A DNA stretch of 63,935 nucleotides, taken from NCBI RefSeq assembly GCF_002113885.1, contig NW_018408898.1, positions 62,001-125,935 of the forward strand, written 5' to 3'. Source of the DNA: Mizuhopecten yessoensis. Lineage: Eukaryota. Below the pieces are notes generated by a model. The model had not been told where the DNA came from, ran no database searches, and worked only from the letters and a program-made list of their open reading frames with translations. Every line of letters begins with the position of its first letter. Position 1 is the stretch's first letter. This document shows positions 41,004 to 54,443 of the stretch, in pieces. A program made the translations under genes and the position numbers.

Positions 41004-41359
41004 GGAGGCACGTCCTTAAATGACCTAAGCTGGGTCGTTCAATACATGTACTATTAACCAGTCAACCAATCGTCTTGTGGTCACCATCGTCAGCAGGAGT
41101 GTAAAAGCCATTTGATATATAAAGTTGTACAGTAGTATTGCAAATTCGATTTTAAAAAGCACGAAGGCAAATATTTAGGGGGTGGGGTAGCGGAGATAAA
41201 TACGGTGTGTCGACAGTAAAAGGGCAAGGAAGACTTTCAAATATAGATGCTTCAATACAATGTAATATGTATTTCACTGATAACGTCTCATGGTATAAAC
41301 CTCGTTCTTATTACTAGTAGTTCAATTCCAAACAAATATGTGTCACGAGTTTTCCAGAT

Positions 41360-41520
41360 TTATTATTAGTTTCTACCAATGAAACAGAGGGATTTGAGAA
41401 TCGCTAGATGTCTGTCCATCTGTCCAGCTGTCCGTCTGTCTGTCCAGTCCGTGTCCTGAATATAAAACCTGATCGGCTGTAGATATTTTGATGACACCTA
41501 GTATACTGCTAGACGGTACA
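41360..41520. mobile_element. Degenerate HINE/Helentron-like fragment
   Basis: tattagt start and a (tgtc/gtcc)n microsatellite near 41409-41455. Confidence 0.35.
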
Positions 41521-41655
41521 TGTATGTCGTCTGTCTCGTAAATAATCAATTAGTGTATGGCGTTATCACAAGCGGATCTATAACGTTATGATCGCAGTTG
41601 CTACTGGTATACGATGTTTGGTTATCACTCGAGTACAATCTGATTGGAAATTTGT

Positions 41656-42879
41656 TTTATCCAAACAAAACGAGTTTTCTAAATATTACAAGATGCGGTG
41701 TTGATGCAAGTTTTATAACCTAACTGTGATGTTTGTAAATAAAAAGGCGTAAATGTTGATTTAATGAAAGGAAACTGTAAAAGTGGGGAAAAGACGCCTG
41801 CTGACGCGACCATGTATATTTGAACATCGGAGTATGTTTATCACTGTTATATATGTACATGTCCAATGCAAGTTCCTCTATAGGCTTTACCATAAGAAAT
41901 CGCGTTCATAGGACTATTAACGCAATTGGATCAGCGTCATTTCGACTTTTTTTCTTCCGCCTCTATTAACATAAGACAACCGTTAGAAGCAAACATTTTG
42001 GTGACGTTAGGCTGTTCCAGAAATCTGCAATGACGACACAGACATTTCAATATCGAAAATATATCGAAAATCTTTGTTCATGTCAATAATACCTACACAT
42101 TTAGAATGTCAATATCAAAATTAATGGCATTTTATCAATGTTCATACTGGTATGAACGGAAACCGGTTACATACACATTTAACATGAAGAGGGCATCATG
42201 GGATGTGTATGTTACCGATTTACGTTCATACCAGTATGAACATTAATAAAATATGTCGTTCAATCCTTACATAAGTCATCATAGTATTCATTACAGCGAA
42301 CTGATTCTAAAATATCGGACGCCATCAATTCAAATGCTGTCAAATGATGTCATATTTTAAATTTGAAATGCATGAAACATAATCTAGTACTCATTCGAAT
42401 TCGTGAAAGCTACAATTTGAAAAGGTGCAACATGGGTCAAATGTCACCATCTTGAGTATGTGATATCACCGTTTATATTCGTAAAGCTATAAATACATAC
42501 ATGTATATGTAACACGTAATCGTATACTAAGTATCTGAACTGGTATGACAACATGTCACATATATGTATAACAGAAATTACACATATGCCAAGGTCAAGA
42601 TCACAATCAGAGTCGAAATACGAGGATAAAATACAGGTACCGCATGCAGGGTTCAGTATATATTTTGTCCTTATATGTATTTTTATCCAAACAAAACACT
42701 TTTTTTTTTTAAAGTTTACACGATACGGTTGGTAGTGATGTAAGTTTTACAGCCTAGCTTTCAAAGCGTGTGAAAATAAAAGACGTAAAAGTTTAGTTAA
42801 AGGCGGAAAATTGAAGAAAATGTAAAAGGCGGGAAAAGACGCCTGCTAACGCGACTGCTATTCTGAACATCGGCGTATG
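41656..42879 (+). repeat. Diverged direct repeat pair, about 180-200 bp (41656-41836 and 42681-42879)
   Basis: Shared colinear motifs ttttatccaaacaaaac, aagtttta, gggaaaagacgcctgct.acgcgac, tgaacatcgg.gtatg. Confidence 0.75.
42123..42260. repeat. Foldback/MITE-like inverted repeat
   Basis: Arms of about 50 bp: attttatcaatgttcatactggtatgaacg..acatacacat / atgtgtatgt..cgttcataccagtatgaacattaataaaat. Confidence 0.8.
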
Positions 42880-43685
42880 AAGCAATTGAATTTATTTTAT
42901 TGCAGCTGCCACTCTGACAAAAATTACCCGCATTACACAGAGTCAACAGAGGCAGTTTATAACAAGCGTGAGGTGTGCTGACACTGGAACGGTTTATTTT
43001 ACAAACAGCGACGACAGCTCCGCCATAATGTAAGAAGGTGTGAGTTTCTCCGTAAGGGTTAAAACATAGGCCTTAGCACTGACAGTATTGGAAGTAATGG
43101 CGCTCATAAAAGCATCTGTGGTGTCGGTAAATCAAAGCAAATTGCCATTGCTGCTTCATGAGATACCACACCGATATACCATTATATCAGCGTTACATTT
43201 CCCTTGATGTGTTTAACAATAAATCTGTCAAAAAATCAATATACTGTAAAGCTGTAGATATCAGCGCACTAATATTTCCACGCATCGGCAACAGTATTTT
43301 TTAATTTTAATATGCTGGTAGTCTTGGTACATAATGGTTTTATATTTGAGTTTTAAATATATAATTTAGCGCTTTCGAATAAGTGCGAATATGTTACGAT
43401 AATTTATGGTTACCGCAAAGATATGTACACTAGAGTATGACTCATATACAAAGTCCGCTAAGTCATCAATCAACCAATTCTAGATAAGGTTGAAACAATA
43501 TCAAAAGATTACTTCTTCATGCGACCATGGCTGTTGTAAGAACGCTAAACTCCGACCAAATACAAAACTATATCGACAGCATCGTGTACGATACCTGTAG
43601 CTGTAAAATCTGTGTTAAACGCGTCTCACAGATCCCTCTCTAGCGTGAATGTCGGTTGTTTTGGATTTGATGTCCTCGCAACAGC

Positions 43686-43920
43686 GACGGTGTCCACGGG
43701 TTATGGGTAATTCATGAGCCCCTGTTTAGTGTCATCTCACTGAAACGTTACATGAAGACGGTTTCCACGGGTTATGGGTAATTCATGAGCCTTTGTTTAG
43801 TGTCATCTCACTGAAACGTTACATGAAGACGGTTTCCACGGGTTATGGGTAATTCATGAGCCTTTGTTTAGTGTCATCTCACTGAAACGTTGCTTGAAGA
43901 CGGTGTCCACTGGTTATGGG
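43686..43920. repeat. Tandem array, 71-bp unit, 3.3 copies, apparently inside a degenerate minus-strand Meta-type SINE (about 43660-44155)
   Basis: gacgg at 43686, 43757, 43828 and 43899. The unit contains tttagtgtcatctcactgaa, which resembles the SINE motif tttatagtgctatctcact. Confidence 0.8.
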
Positions 43921-44419
43921 GTAGCTGATGGGCTACACTAAAGTGTTATCTAGCCGAAATGTCATAACCAGGACACGGCAACATGATACATCACATGGTC
44001 ATATAGCTGTACACTAGCAACGCGCTTACCTGTCCATATCGACACCTGTTTTAATGCTTGATAATTAACAGAAGGCAGTAAGTACCGACTTCAAAGATTT
44101 TAGTTTGCCTTGGTTGGGTGGGAACCCTTCACCTTCCTCATTTGGTTGAACGCTCGGTTTTAATATCAAAAGTGGCCGAAGTAATGTCATATCAGGAGCT
44201 AGGAAACAAAATTAAATTAGAAAGTAAAGAAAAATATAGAAACATTGCAACGTGTGCAAGAAAAGTTGTTTTGGTCTCTTTCATGTTCCCACGAACACAA
44301 ATGACAATCCACAGTTCTGCAGAGGGTTCCCGCATTAGTCGCCTTATGAATCATGTGGTGGGTAATAGCAATTTGTTATATTTCTGAATCGGCGACCTGT
44401 GATGCAGGATGAAAGAATG

Positions 44420-44800
44420 TAAGTGTAGCGACAACCTGAGGGACACTCATATTGATCTGATTTACCTGTCTAATTCGACAACCTATGGGACAATACATTT
44501 TGCTTAAATTTACCTGCCTTATTCGACAAGCTAGGGACACAAGATTTGGTGTGATTAGCCTGTCTTATTCGACAATATTTGGGATACAGCATTAGTTAAG
44601 ATTTACCTGTCCAACTGGAACAACTATGGGACACAACAATTGGTCAGATTTGCCTGTCTTATTCGACCATATATGGGACACAAACATTGGTAAGATTTAC
44701 CTGTCAAATTCGACCATAATTGGAACACAACATTGGGTCAAAATTTTCTTTTTCTTTTGCGATACTTTGTAGAACACAACATATCTTTCAGATTTACTTT
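44420..44800. repeat. Degenerate tandem array, about 50-bp unit (gatttacctgtc..attcgacaa.tatgggacacaacattggt)
   Basis: About 7 diverged copies. Confidence 0.75.
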
Positions 44801-46509
44801 TTATGGGAATTGGAAGGTCTGAATTCAAAGTGTATGGTCAAATACTTTAATCTTACATATATTTGATCATTTGCATCAGAAACTGAATATAACATCAAGT
44901 TGGATAACCGCATACTATCAAGAAACTATTGTGACCCTAATTAACAAAGTTTCACTTCTGTAAGTATTCTAAAACATAATCTACACGACCGTACGACCAT
45001 ACGTGTAAAGCGTCAATCGTCTTTATTATCCGAGTTATGCTCACAACATTGCCAATTACTTGTAGGACACAGCGTTTCTCTGGGGAACACGGGAAAGGTG
45101 AATTAATCGTCCTGTCTGGAGGTATTTCTCATGTGGACTATTCAAGGCTAAACATGGGTCTATATAAACCTGTCTGTCTGATCGTTCCCCAACTGCATAT
45201 AGGGCACAATAGTATGTATCGGCAGCTGCTGTAGTACTTAATCCACGGAACTAAATGTAAGACTGTAACCTAATTTCAAATGTTAACGCCTCCATGACAT
45301 GTCCATATTGCGTATTATGTACTTCTGTTGTGTTCCATTGTCCCAGCAACCATATAGCGCCTATAAATGCACAACTGAGAAGGCCAATATAAGTTTGTGT
45401 TCCTGATCTTACGATCAGCGCTTACGACATCAGACATGTCTGTTTATTCCGCTCACGCCCCTTTACAACAGTTTATAATACTTTTCTATGTAAAGTATCC
45501 TGTTCTTTTATGTGTGAAGATGTTAAGGATTGAAGCATCATACAATATAACAGGGGCTGTAAAGTCACGCGTGGTGTGATGTAGTCACGTGTCATGGCTC
45601 CAGAATGCCATGTCGGAACTATAGGTAGGTGGAAAGAAAAATTTGTGAAATGTAATACAAGCGACACCTAATTCAACTTCCGAATGCTACGAGGTCTTTG
45701 ATACTTCGAAAATAGATGATTTTTTTTATCAAACACAATAAGATATCGAGGGGGAAGCGCACGGAATGTATCAAACTCCCAAATACTAATAAACAAGCTT
45801 TTGAAGCTTATGAACTTATCAAACTTTTCACTGTTTGGAACGTAACTCCGAAAGGTTACGGAACTGATGAAACTCCGAAATGTTACGAAGGTAATAAAAC
45901 TCCGAAAGGTTATGAAGCTAATTAAAACTGAAGTCAAATCCGAAAGGTCACGAAACTTATGAAACTCTGAACGTCAAGGAACATTTAATCCACCAATCTA
46001 CCTATCCATCCAATTTATCTATTATCAACATACTTTGCAACAGCCTACCTCCTCCAATTCATTCAATATTCAATCAATATAGGGTTAAAATGAAGCTTTT
46101 TTACTCTTTGTGATGTAACAAAAGAAGAAATTAACTTCAGAAAGATAACAGAACCTCAATCAGATCAAAGAACGTAGAAAACTCCGAAAGGCCATTTAAT
46201 TGAACACACTTTTGAAGAAAATATTAAATTAATGTATGCTTTCGAACGTAGCGCAACTGCAGTCAAACACAGACATGAATGGAATGTATTGTCCTTCAAA
46301 ACGTAGCGAAACTTCAGTCAAGCGCAGGCAACTCAAGGAATTGATTGTGCTGCGGAAGGTAGTGAAGCTACAGTCAAACTCATACATAACAGAATGTACA
46401 ATGTACTAGTATCATCATTTAGGACAAAGCAAACATGCAATCAATTCAGAAATATTACAAACCTTACTAGTCTTTGGACGGAACTGAGACACGCATTAAA
46501 CTTCTGACT

Positions 46510-46681
46510 TTTCAGTTTGTCCGGGGCGTTACAGCTTTTTTTCTGTTTGTCCGGGGCGTTACAGCTTTTTCTGTTTGTCCGGGGCGTTACAGCTTTTTTT
46601 CTGTTTGTCCGGGGCGTTACAGCTTTTTCAGTTTGTCCGGGGCGTTACAGCTTTTTCTGTTTGTCCGGGGCGTTACAGCTT
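46510..46681. repeat. Tandem array, 28-30-bp unit (gtttgtccggggcgttacagcttttt..), 6 copies
   Basis: Units differ mainly in T-run length. Confidence 0.93.
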
Positions 46682-49600
46682 GGTTGCAAAAGTCCTACAA
46701 AGACATTGTGAAACTTTGGAATCGAACCAAAGTAAAAATGTAGCAAAACTGCAATCAAACTCCGATATTTTGAAGAATGTACGAAAAAGCAGCCAAGAGG
46801 TAACAGAACATGCCATGTCTCGAAACTGAAAACCTCAATATGGGTACGTTTAAATGTTCGGAAAATCTATGTTAACTGGGAGGTGCGATTGTGATTTGGT
46901 TTAAATATTTCAAATCTAACTATAATTTACCTTCAAAAAAGTCTACCTGAATCGAATAAATAATTATCCAATATGTCCAATATTACAGACATCGCAAATG
47001 GGTCAATTTTCTTCATAAAAATAAATTTCTTCGCTATCGACAGCGAATGTTTCCGGGCATTAATTCCATTGATCAAAATTCAAGAACCAATACGTAACGA
47101 TAATTGATGATATATTCAGTTTTTCATAACGCAAAGTATACTGAATCTTGAAACACTTCTGGTCACTGTGGCTAAATATTGGCAAACCGGAAGTGGATAG
47201 TTTGTCCTATACGACGACTATACCCGTCTGTCGTGTTTTGTTTTGTTGAACTCAAAGCTCTTACTCCGATCATTAAGACACATGCAAGTTAGTTCGAAAT
47301 GACATCGATGCCTGTCGAAAAAATCTGTTTTCACCCATTTTAAGACATCTGTAGCAATATTCATTACTGATACATCCGCCGTCTTGGAATGCTCTATTAA
47401 TCTACAGAAGTAACGCAATATTTGTATGGCATCTAAATGGGGTGACATTATAAAACCGGAAATGAATGTTCCGCCATATTGGATAACTTCAATGGTTGAC
47501 TTAGTTTATGATATTGCCCTTAATAAACGTCATCTCATTTGTTACGCCATCTATGAGCCAATCTATCACATTTATCGGCGCAGTTTGTTTTGTTAACATA
47601 ATAAAACTTACATTAAAACGCTCTCAGACGTCTAGATGGCAAGATATAGATAAACGATCAAACGGATAAAATAGTCCGCTCTCTAAATATAATGATTTTT
47701 CAACGACATTCGTTAAGACGGCCTGAAACAAATGTTACCATGCATACCCTTTTTCAAATATGCTTTGCACTATTATAAAAAGGAGGCAAAACTGTATTCA
47801 GTATTCTGGAAATAACAGTATTAACCTATCAAACTGACCTTTCGCGGTGAGGGGTCATGGATGTTGGAACAGTATATGCTTGAAATAAATAGAACGAATG
47901 GTAGGCGTCCTTCTCCCATTGTTTTAAACTCAGGAAGGTCAAGTGCATAGATGACCGGTTTTATTGGCCGCTAGGCTCAAAAAGGAATGTTTATAAAATC
48001 TGTGTGAAATGACACTGTCTGGACAGCCTTTATTTGTATCCGTTATTAGTTGACTTATTTCTACAAGCTGTTAGTTAGCAATCGCTACCGAAGGCGGCCG
48101 CCGTGTTGATTTTCATCCCTTATAGAACGAGAATTGAACAGTGGCTATCGCTGAACAAGGCTCTCTGTCAATACTGGCCGTGTTTGATCACATTCTAGTG
48201 ATATAATGCATTTTGTGTCGTGTAAATTGAAACAGTGACTTCGAGTCTCTGAGGGCAGATTTAAGTGCATGTTTTGATAAATTCAATCAACCTGTAAATT
48301 AAAATCCATTTCTTCTGAGAGAATATCGTAAATGATTATGTATTGGCCCCGTCAATAGCAAAAGTATTTCCTATGCAGTGCTTCGAGTGAACTCTATTAG
48401 GGAAAAGGATTATTAATGGTGCATGCGTAAGCTATCTTTGTTCCCCTGCTATATAGGAACATCCTTCTTTGAAGGCAGGTCCTTCCGAGATTCAGGTTTA
48501 TTCCCCCGTTGTCACTGCCTGTCGTGAGAACCTAAATTGGAATCCTTGTTGCACATATTACGCCAGAAGCGACCGATATATAACAACCTCACGCACAGCC
48601 AGCCAGTCCCTGCAAAGCTATCCCTTAATGCATTGGCATTCGATATCTGCGACGCAATACCATAAACATCCCGAAACCATAATACAAGGACGTTAAGGGT
48701 TGTTTTCTGTTATATTATCACATTTTCAGCAAAAGTCTCGAATGTCCCGATTTTAACGTGCAGGATTACAACATAATACCATAAACATCCCAGTGAACTC
48801 ACGACACTGCGGTATGCGTTTTCGTTGGTTTATCGACAGTTTTACGATATAAATCCTAGGTATACCACTTTGAGTGACATCGTACACCTTCTTTGCGACT
48901 TATCGTTCAGTTGTGTATTGAAAGTGTCTAAACCTTTTTGAAAAGAAAAAGAAAAAAATACAATATTATGTAATGCTGTCAAATAAAAATGTCTCCGAAC
49001 TGTTTGATGAGATTTTTATTTATAGATAAGAAGATTAAAATTTAGAATCCTTGAAGATTATTTGTGAAGACGGTCATGAGCGATTTACTCCAAGGCGGTG
49101 TGATATCACTCGGGCTGATATCAACTTGTGGAAATTTTAAGACTTATTACACATACAAAAATGGTGTTATTATTAGTAAACATTTGATAAACATATGTAT
49201 GCATCCATAGTAATCTGATTAAATTTTTCCAGATAAATTACTTACATACATAAGTATCGCTATGATGTCACTTGCCCTAAAACATCCTCGCACCGTATAG
49301 CCGGTAATTTGCACGGGCTTAAATGGTCACGTTTTTTTACTCAGAATTATAAAATTTAACTTTACACGAATAACGTTTTCTGGATATAGACATATGACGC
49401 ATGTTAATTTCTGCGGGTTTTGTCATCGATGTTATTGATTTGCCATTTATGAGAAGCAGTTGGAGGTCAACTTATTTTGGGAGTTCGATGAATACTTTGG
49501 GGGAACAGGTGCGATTCAAGAATTTATTTGGATGATTTGGCATTCATGTTGACGCAATGCTTGCACAGTTCGTGTTGAACATTGGTAAAGTGTCGGCTTA

Positions 49601-49978
49601 GAAAATGCAAAGATACAAAGTTTGACTCCTGCATTTTTCTTTTTTTTTTTCTTTTTTTTTCAAACCTTCAAATTCAAACAGTTTAGGAGGAGAGTACGAT
49701 TACAATGGGTCATACTGAAATATTTACCATCGTATGGCATCGCCACTATATAACCCTACCAAATTCATATAGGCTATGAATGTCATGGACCGATTGTTGA
49801 CGTCATCATTTTCATGACGTCATATTTGTTACGTTGGATACCAATGACCCTCCCTAGGCGATGGCTGTTCTATTCATTGAAAAAAACATACACGATACAT
49901 ACATTATTTGAACTTAATGCTGAATAACAATAAGTGTAATTCAATTTCTATGAGATGAACAGATTCATAAATGGTATA

Positions 49979-50144
49979 TATAAGCATTGTTCTGTTTTCA
50001 GTTGGCATTCATAGACAATATGAATGCCAACTTGACAAAGGCAATTCAACCATGAAGCGCTAGCTCGCTTCGTCGAATTGGCCTTTGTCCCGTTGAGATT
50101 TACATTACCTATGAATGCCAACTAAAACAGTCCAATATTTAAAT
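49979..50144. repeat. Foldback/MITE-like inverted repeat with internal palindromes
   Basis: ctgttttcagttggcattcatag...gacaaaggcaattc / gaattggcctttgtc...ctatgaatgccaactaaaacag. Confidence 0.8.
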
Positions 50145-51088
50145 AAGCTGTGTACAAACCGGTCGTCACAACGAAATGTCCGACGCGATATTACTCCATG
50201 AACCTACCATCAAAGTTTAACGTCCCAACGAAAGGTCACGTGATATTACTTCATGAACCTTGTATCAAAGTTCAACGTCAAAATTAAAGTTCATATTATA
50301 TTACTCCAAGGATATTGTTTCGAATGTCAAAGTCACAATGTACACTGTAAGATCACAATTCTGATATGAACTATATACAGTGTATATATACATGTAAAGA
50401 TGTATCTACATGTAAGTTCAACATTGCAACGAAAAACCGTTCATATTGCTCCATGAAATTTACCCAATGACGGCTTTCAATGTAAGTTTAATGAAAGCTA
50501 ACGCCACAAAACTCCACGAAGAGACTGGTTTACATGCCGTATATTTTTCTATTCTCCAGCAACTTTCGTTTCAAAATAAATAGAGTACAGTCTAACGGAG
50601 GGAAATGGTACTAAGGTAGGTTGATTACAGCTTTTCCTTATTTGAGGTGTCTCTACCTCACTTCTCTTGTCGTGGTCGGAACACATAGGGGCCTAACTTA
50701 CAAAAATTACACCAACTGCGGTATTGTGAGTGATGGGGCGGGGAAGGGGGGGGGGGGGTGCTTCTGGCACCCTGGTCCCCCTACCAGAGCCCTCCCCTGG
50801 ACCCGCTCCTAAATAAATACACTCTGAGCAAGGATAAGCTACGCTCCTGGTGATCATTTAGTTTTCTTGCACGTGTATGTTAAAGGTAGGTATACACATC
50901 ACAGTAATGCACATCCTCGATACTCCAGAGGTTACGCTCACTTACTCCCTCTGCACTAGAGTACCTGATCGTGCCGAATCGTACCGAATCGTATCGAATC
51001 GTACAACCCTTGGCTAGCGAAGGTGGATATTGAATGGATACTCGGATAATGTCTACAGGACGTTTATTATGGAGAACAACTCTAACAC

Positions 51089-51590
51089 GAGTCATATGAG
51101 GGCGGGTACCTAGGGTGACACAACAGCTAGAGTCATATGAGGACGGGTACCTAGGGTGACAAAACAGCTAGAGTCATATGAGGACGGGTACCTAGGGTGA
51201 CACAACAGCTAGAGTCATATGAGGACGGGTACCTAGGGTGACACAACAGCTAGAGTCATATGAGGACGGGTACCTAGGGTGACACAACAGCTAGAGTCAT
51301 ATGAGGACGGGTACCTAGGGTGACACAACAGCTAGAGTCATATGAGGACGGGTACCTAGGGTGACACAACAGCTAGAGTCATATGAGGACGGGTACCTAG
51401 GGTGACACAACAGCTAGAGTCATATGAGGACGGGTACCTAGGGAGACATAACATAGGGAGACACAACAACTAGAGTCATATGAGGACGAGTACCTAGGGA
51501 GACATAACATAGGGAGACACAACAACTAGAGTCATATGAGGGAGGGTGCCTAGGGTGACACAACAGCTAGAGTCATATGAGGACGGGTAA
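51089..51590. repeat. Tandem array, 41-bp unit (gagtcatatgaggacgggtacctagggtgacacaacagcta), about 11 copies
   Basis: Period 41 (51130 then 51171). Confidence 0.95.
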
Positions 51591-51679
51591 TTAGGGAGTC
51601 TCCGTCTGATACTGAAAATAAATAGAAAAGAAAGAAGACAGGACAGAAAGAGTAATAATGGTATAGGTGATACAACCAA

Positions 51680-52550
51680 TGACGACAAATCAATGAACGA
51701 TAAAACCGTAGACAATAAACCCATAGACAATAAACCTATAAACAATAAAACCATAGACAATAAACCATACTAAATAAAACCATACACAATAAACCATACA
51801 CACTAAACCATAGACAACAAACCATGGACAATAAACCATACACACTAAACCATACACAATAAACCATAGACAATAAACCATACTAAATAAAACCATACAC
51901 AATAAAACCATTCACAATAAAACAATACACAATAAACTATACACAAAAAAACCAGACACAATAAAACTACAGACAACAAAGCCAACGACGATTAACCAAT
52001 GATGACACACATGAATGAAGACAAAATGTTAGACGACATACAAACGATTGACGGTAAAGTAAATGACGACAAATTCATAGACGACAAAAACATTGACGAC
52101 AAAATTGTAGACGACGAACAATTGACGACAAATTAATAGACGACTAAACCATTGACGACAAATTAATAGACGACTAAACCATTGACGACAAATTAATAGA
52201 CGACTAAACCAATAACAACAAAATTATAGACGACAAAACCATTGACGACAAATTCATAGACGACAAAACCATTAACAACAAATTAATAGACGACTAAACC
52301 ATTGACGACAAATTAATAGACGACTAAACCATTGACGACAAATTAATAGACGAAAAACCCATTGACAACAAAATTATAGACGACAAAACCATTTACGACA
52401 AAAACATTGACAACAAAATTGTAGACGCAGAACCATGGACGTCAAAAGTTATAGATTGCAATTTGTTTTGATATTTTGGTTAGACGACAAAAGTTATTAA
52501 TTAAACCGTATACGACAAACGATAAACGATAAATCCATTGACGATAAAGG
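51680..52550. repeat. Array of about 15-bp units grading into a 30-bp dimeric unit (cgactaaaccattgacgacaaattaataga)
   Basis: caataaaccata(c/g)a units at 51710-51960; 30-bp period at 52130-52400. Confidence 0.88.
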
Positions 52551-54443
52551 TATAGTTAAACACCCTGAAATTGTAAAGGAATACCTCGGCTTTCTGATAT
52601 CTGTAAGGGTTTTTTTTAAAAAGGGAAATTATTCCTTACTAGCGATCGACTCCAATAAAGAAGAGAACAGCCTTATGTGCTAGCTCGATCGACTTTTTTA
52701 CCACATATTATGTTTGACAAAGGGATAGTATTAGGCATTACACACTTTTGATATGTGTAAACTTAGCACCTGTCAAAGTCCAAGGCCACAAAGCGACGCG
52801 TACTTTAAATTAATTACTTTAATGATAGGAGATGTTAGAGAACAGTTGACCAAAAGTAATGGACATCGAAGTTCATTGAATAAAAATCTTGCAGACTGGC
52901 AACAGTTCACAAAAGATTTTAGCTATTCAATAACCTGGACCTATTACGATGCAATCATGGCCTGTGTGACGTTAGTAGTAATAAATGCCCTTGCGATTTA
53001 CATGTGTTCTGTGTATAATTGTATGATACGATAACAAGTGAAGTTATCTCCCCTTTTTATCTATCATAAGGAACTCTGGTTGAGGTCAGGGGTCAGAGCT
53101 CGATTAGTCACGTGATTCTATTGATCGATTGTATAGGCTGTATAGGGGGTATTGTGGGAGGAGGCAACACTGTATCGCTGAGTGTATAGTTACATCTGAT
53201 GGGTGCGTTCTGGATATCATAATCATTTTTACAACTGGAATCAATTAGGAGAAATGAACCAAAATTCACAGTTTGTGTAATATCACACTTGAAATGCACG
53301 TGCCCCAAAATGGAGTTCTTGCACGTGTAGCATTTCACATATGACCAAATGGTATCTGTAGCATGTATACACGATACGCTAGCCCTGTCAACACTCGACT
53401 GTGCAACCCCCCCCNNNNNNNNNNNNNNNNNNNNNNNNNNNNNNNNNNNNNNCCCCCCCGCTACACCCTTCCAATTACAACCCTCCTCCTTTTGCTCCTC
53501 ATCCCCCACTTCTCTCCCTCTTCTCTTGTAGTAATCTACGAGGTACTTCTACATTGCAAGCAATTATAGCACAGCTTCCTAGCTTCCTAAGGCTTCAAAT
53601 CGATTTTTTATTTAAGCCCAAAGTACAAAAGAAAAAGCACCAATTCTATTGTACGAAATTAGGAAATACATTTAAAATCACTACAAATGTGGTTACTAGA
53701 CGTGATCCTTTTTGTTGTAGAAACATACGATTTTTAACCTTACATGTCTCTGATAATACAAGAAAAAATTAAAAGAAAATTTTAAAAGCCTTTTTTTGTG
53801 TTTTAGAGAGAGAAAATTGTGATAATAGTATATAATATTTATGCAAAGTATAAAAAAAATAACAAAAAAGCACGTGTAATGTCAATGTGTATTCCTCTGT
53901 AACAACGTTAACGCTGTCCGAGGCTCTCATCTGTTATGAATATTTGATGCGGATTACCCACTCTAGTATGATTTACGAGGGCAGGTTAACATGTTCAGAC
54001 AATGCTTTTATAAATATTCTTCTCTAATTTGTCTACTCTGCTTTGTATCTATATGTACATTGATTTCTAGTCGAAGTATTTCTCCATCTTTTGAATAATA
54101 AATTGATCTATATATATACACGCACGAAAGTAGTTATTTTGAGGATTAAAAACACATGAACCCTAGTACTGGTAACCTCACATTTGTCTTCGTTCTATAA
54201 GAACAATCGAAGCATCTGGTTCAGTTTTCCGGTTTTTCAGGGGTTTTTATATTTATTTTTCTCTCACCATTATGTGTCCATAAATGTCTGTCTGTTTGTT
54301 TATTTTATTTTATTTATTGGGAATATTTTATTCTTGAACCCTTTCTCTTGTACGTATAGTCAGGGACTTAGATAACATCTAATCTAATTCCGTGGTATAG
54401 TATAATACGTATATATGTAAGTACTATAGCCTCGATCGTCTGT

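Noticed and set aside
40679-41057. Cys-rich (CVLCDRT)n and His-rich ORFs resembling metal-binding proteins
   Set aside because: A perfect 21-bp repeat open in five frames, with no synonymous variation to indicate coding selection.
45860-45890. ctgatga...gaaa hammerhead-like motif
   Set aside because: No stem II and no cleavage triplet. It is part of a degenerate aaactccgaaagg repeat.
53405-53460. C-run interrupted by Ns (also the G-run at 38838-38856)
   Set aside because: Homopolymer sequencing gaps, not biological features.
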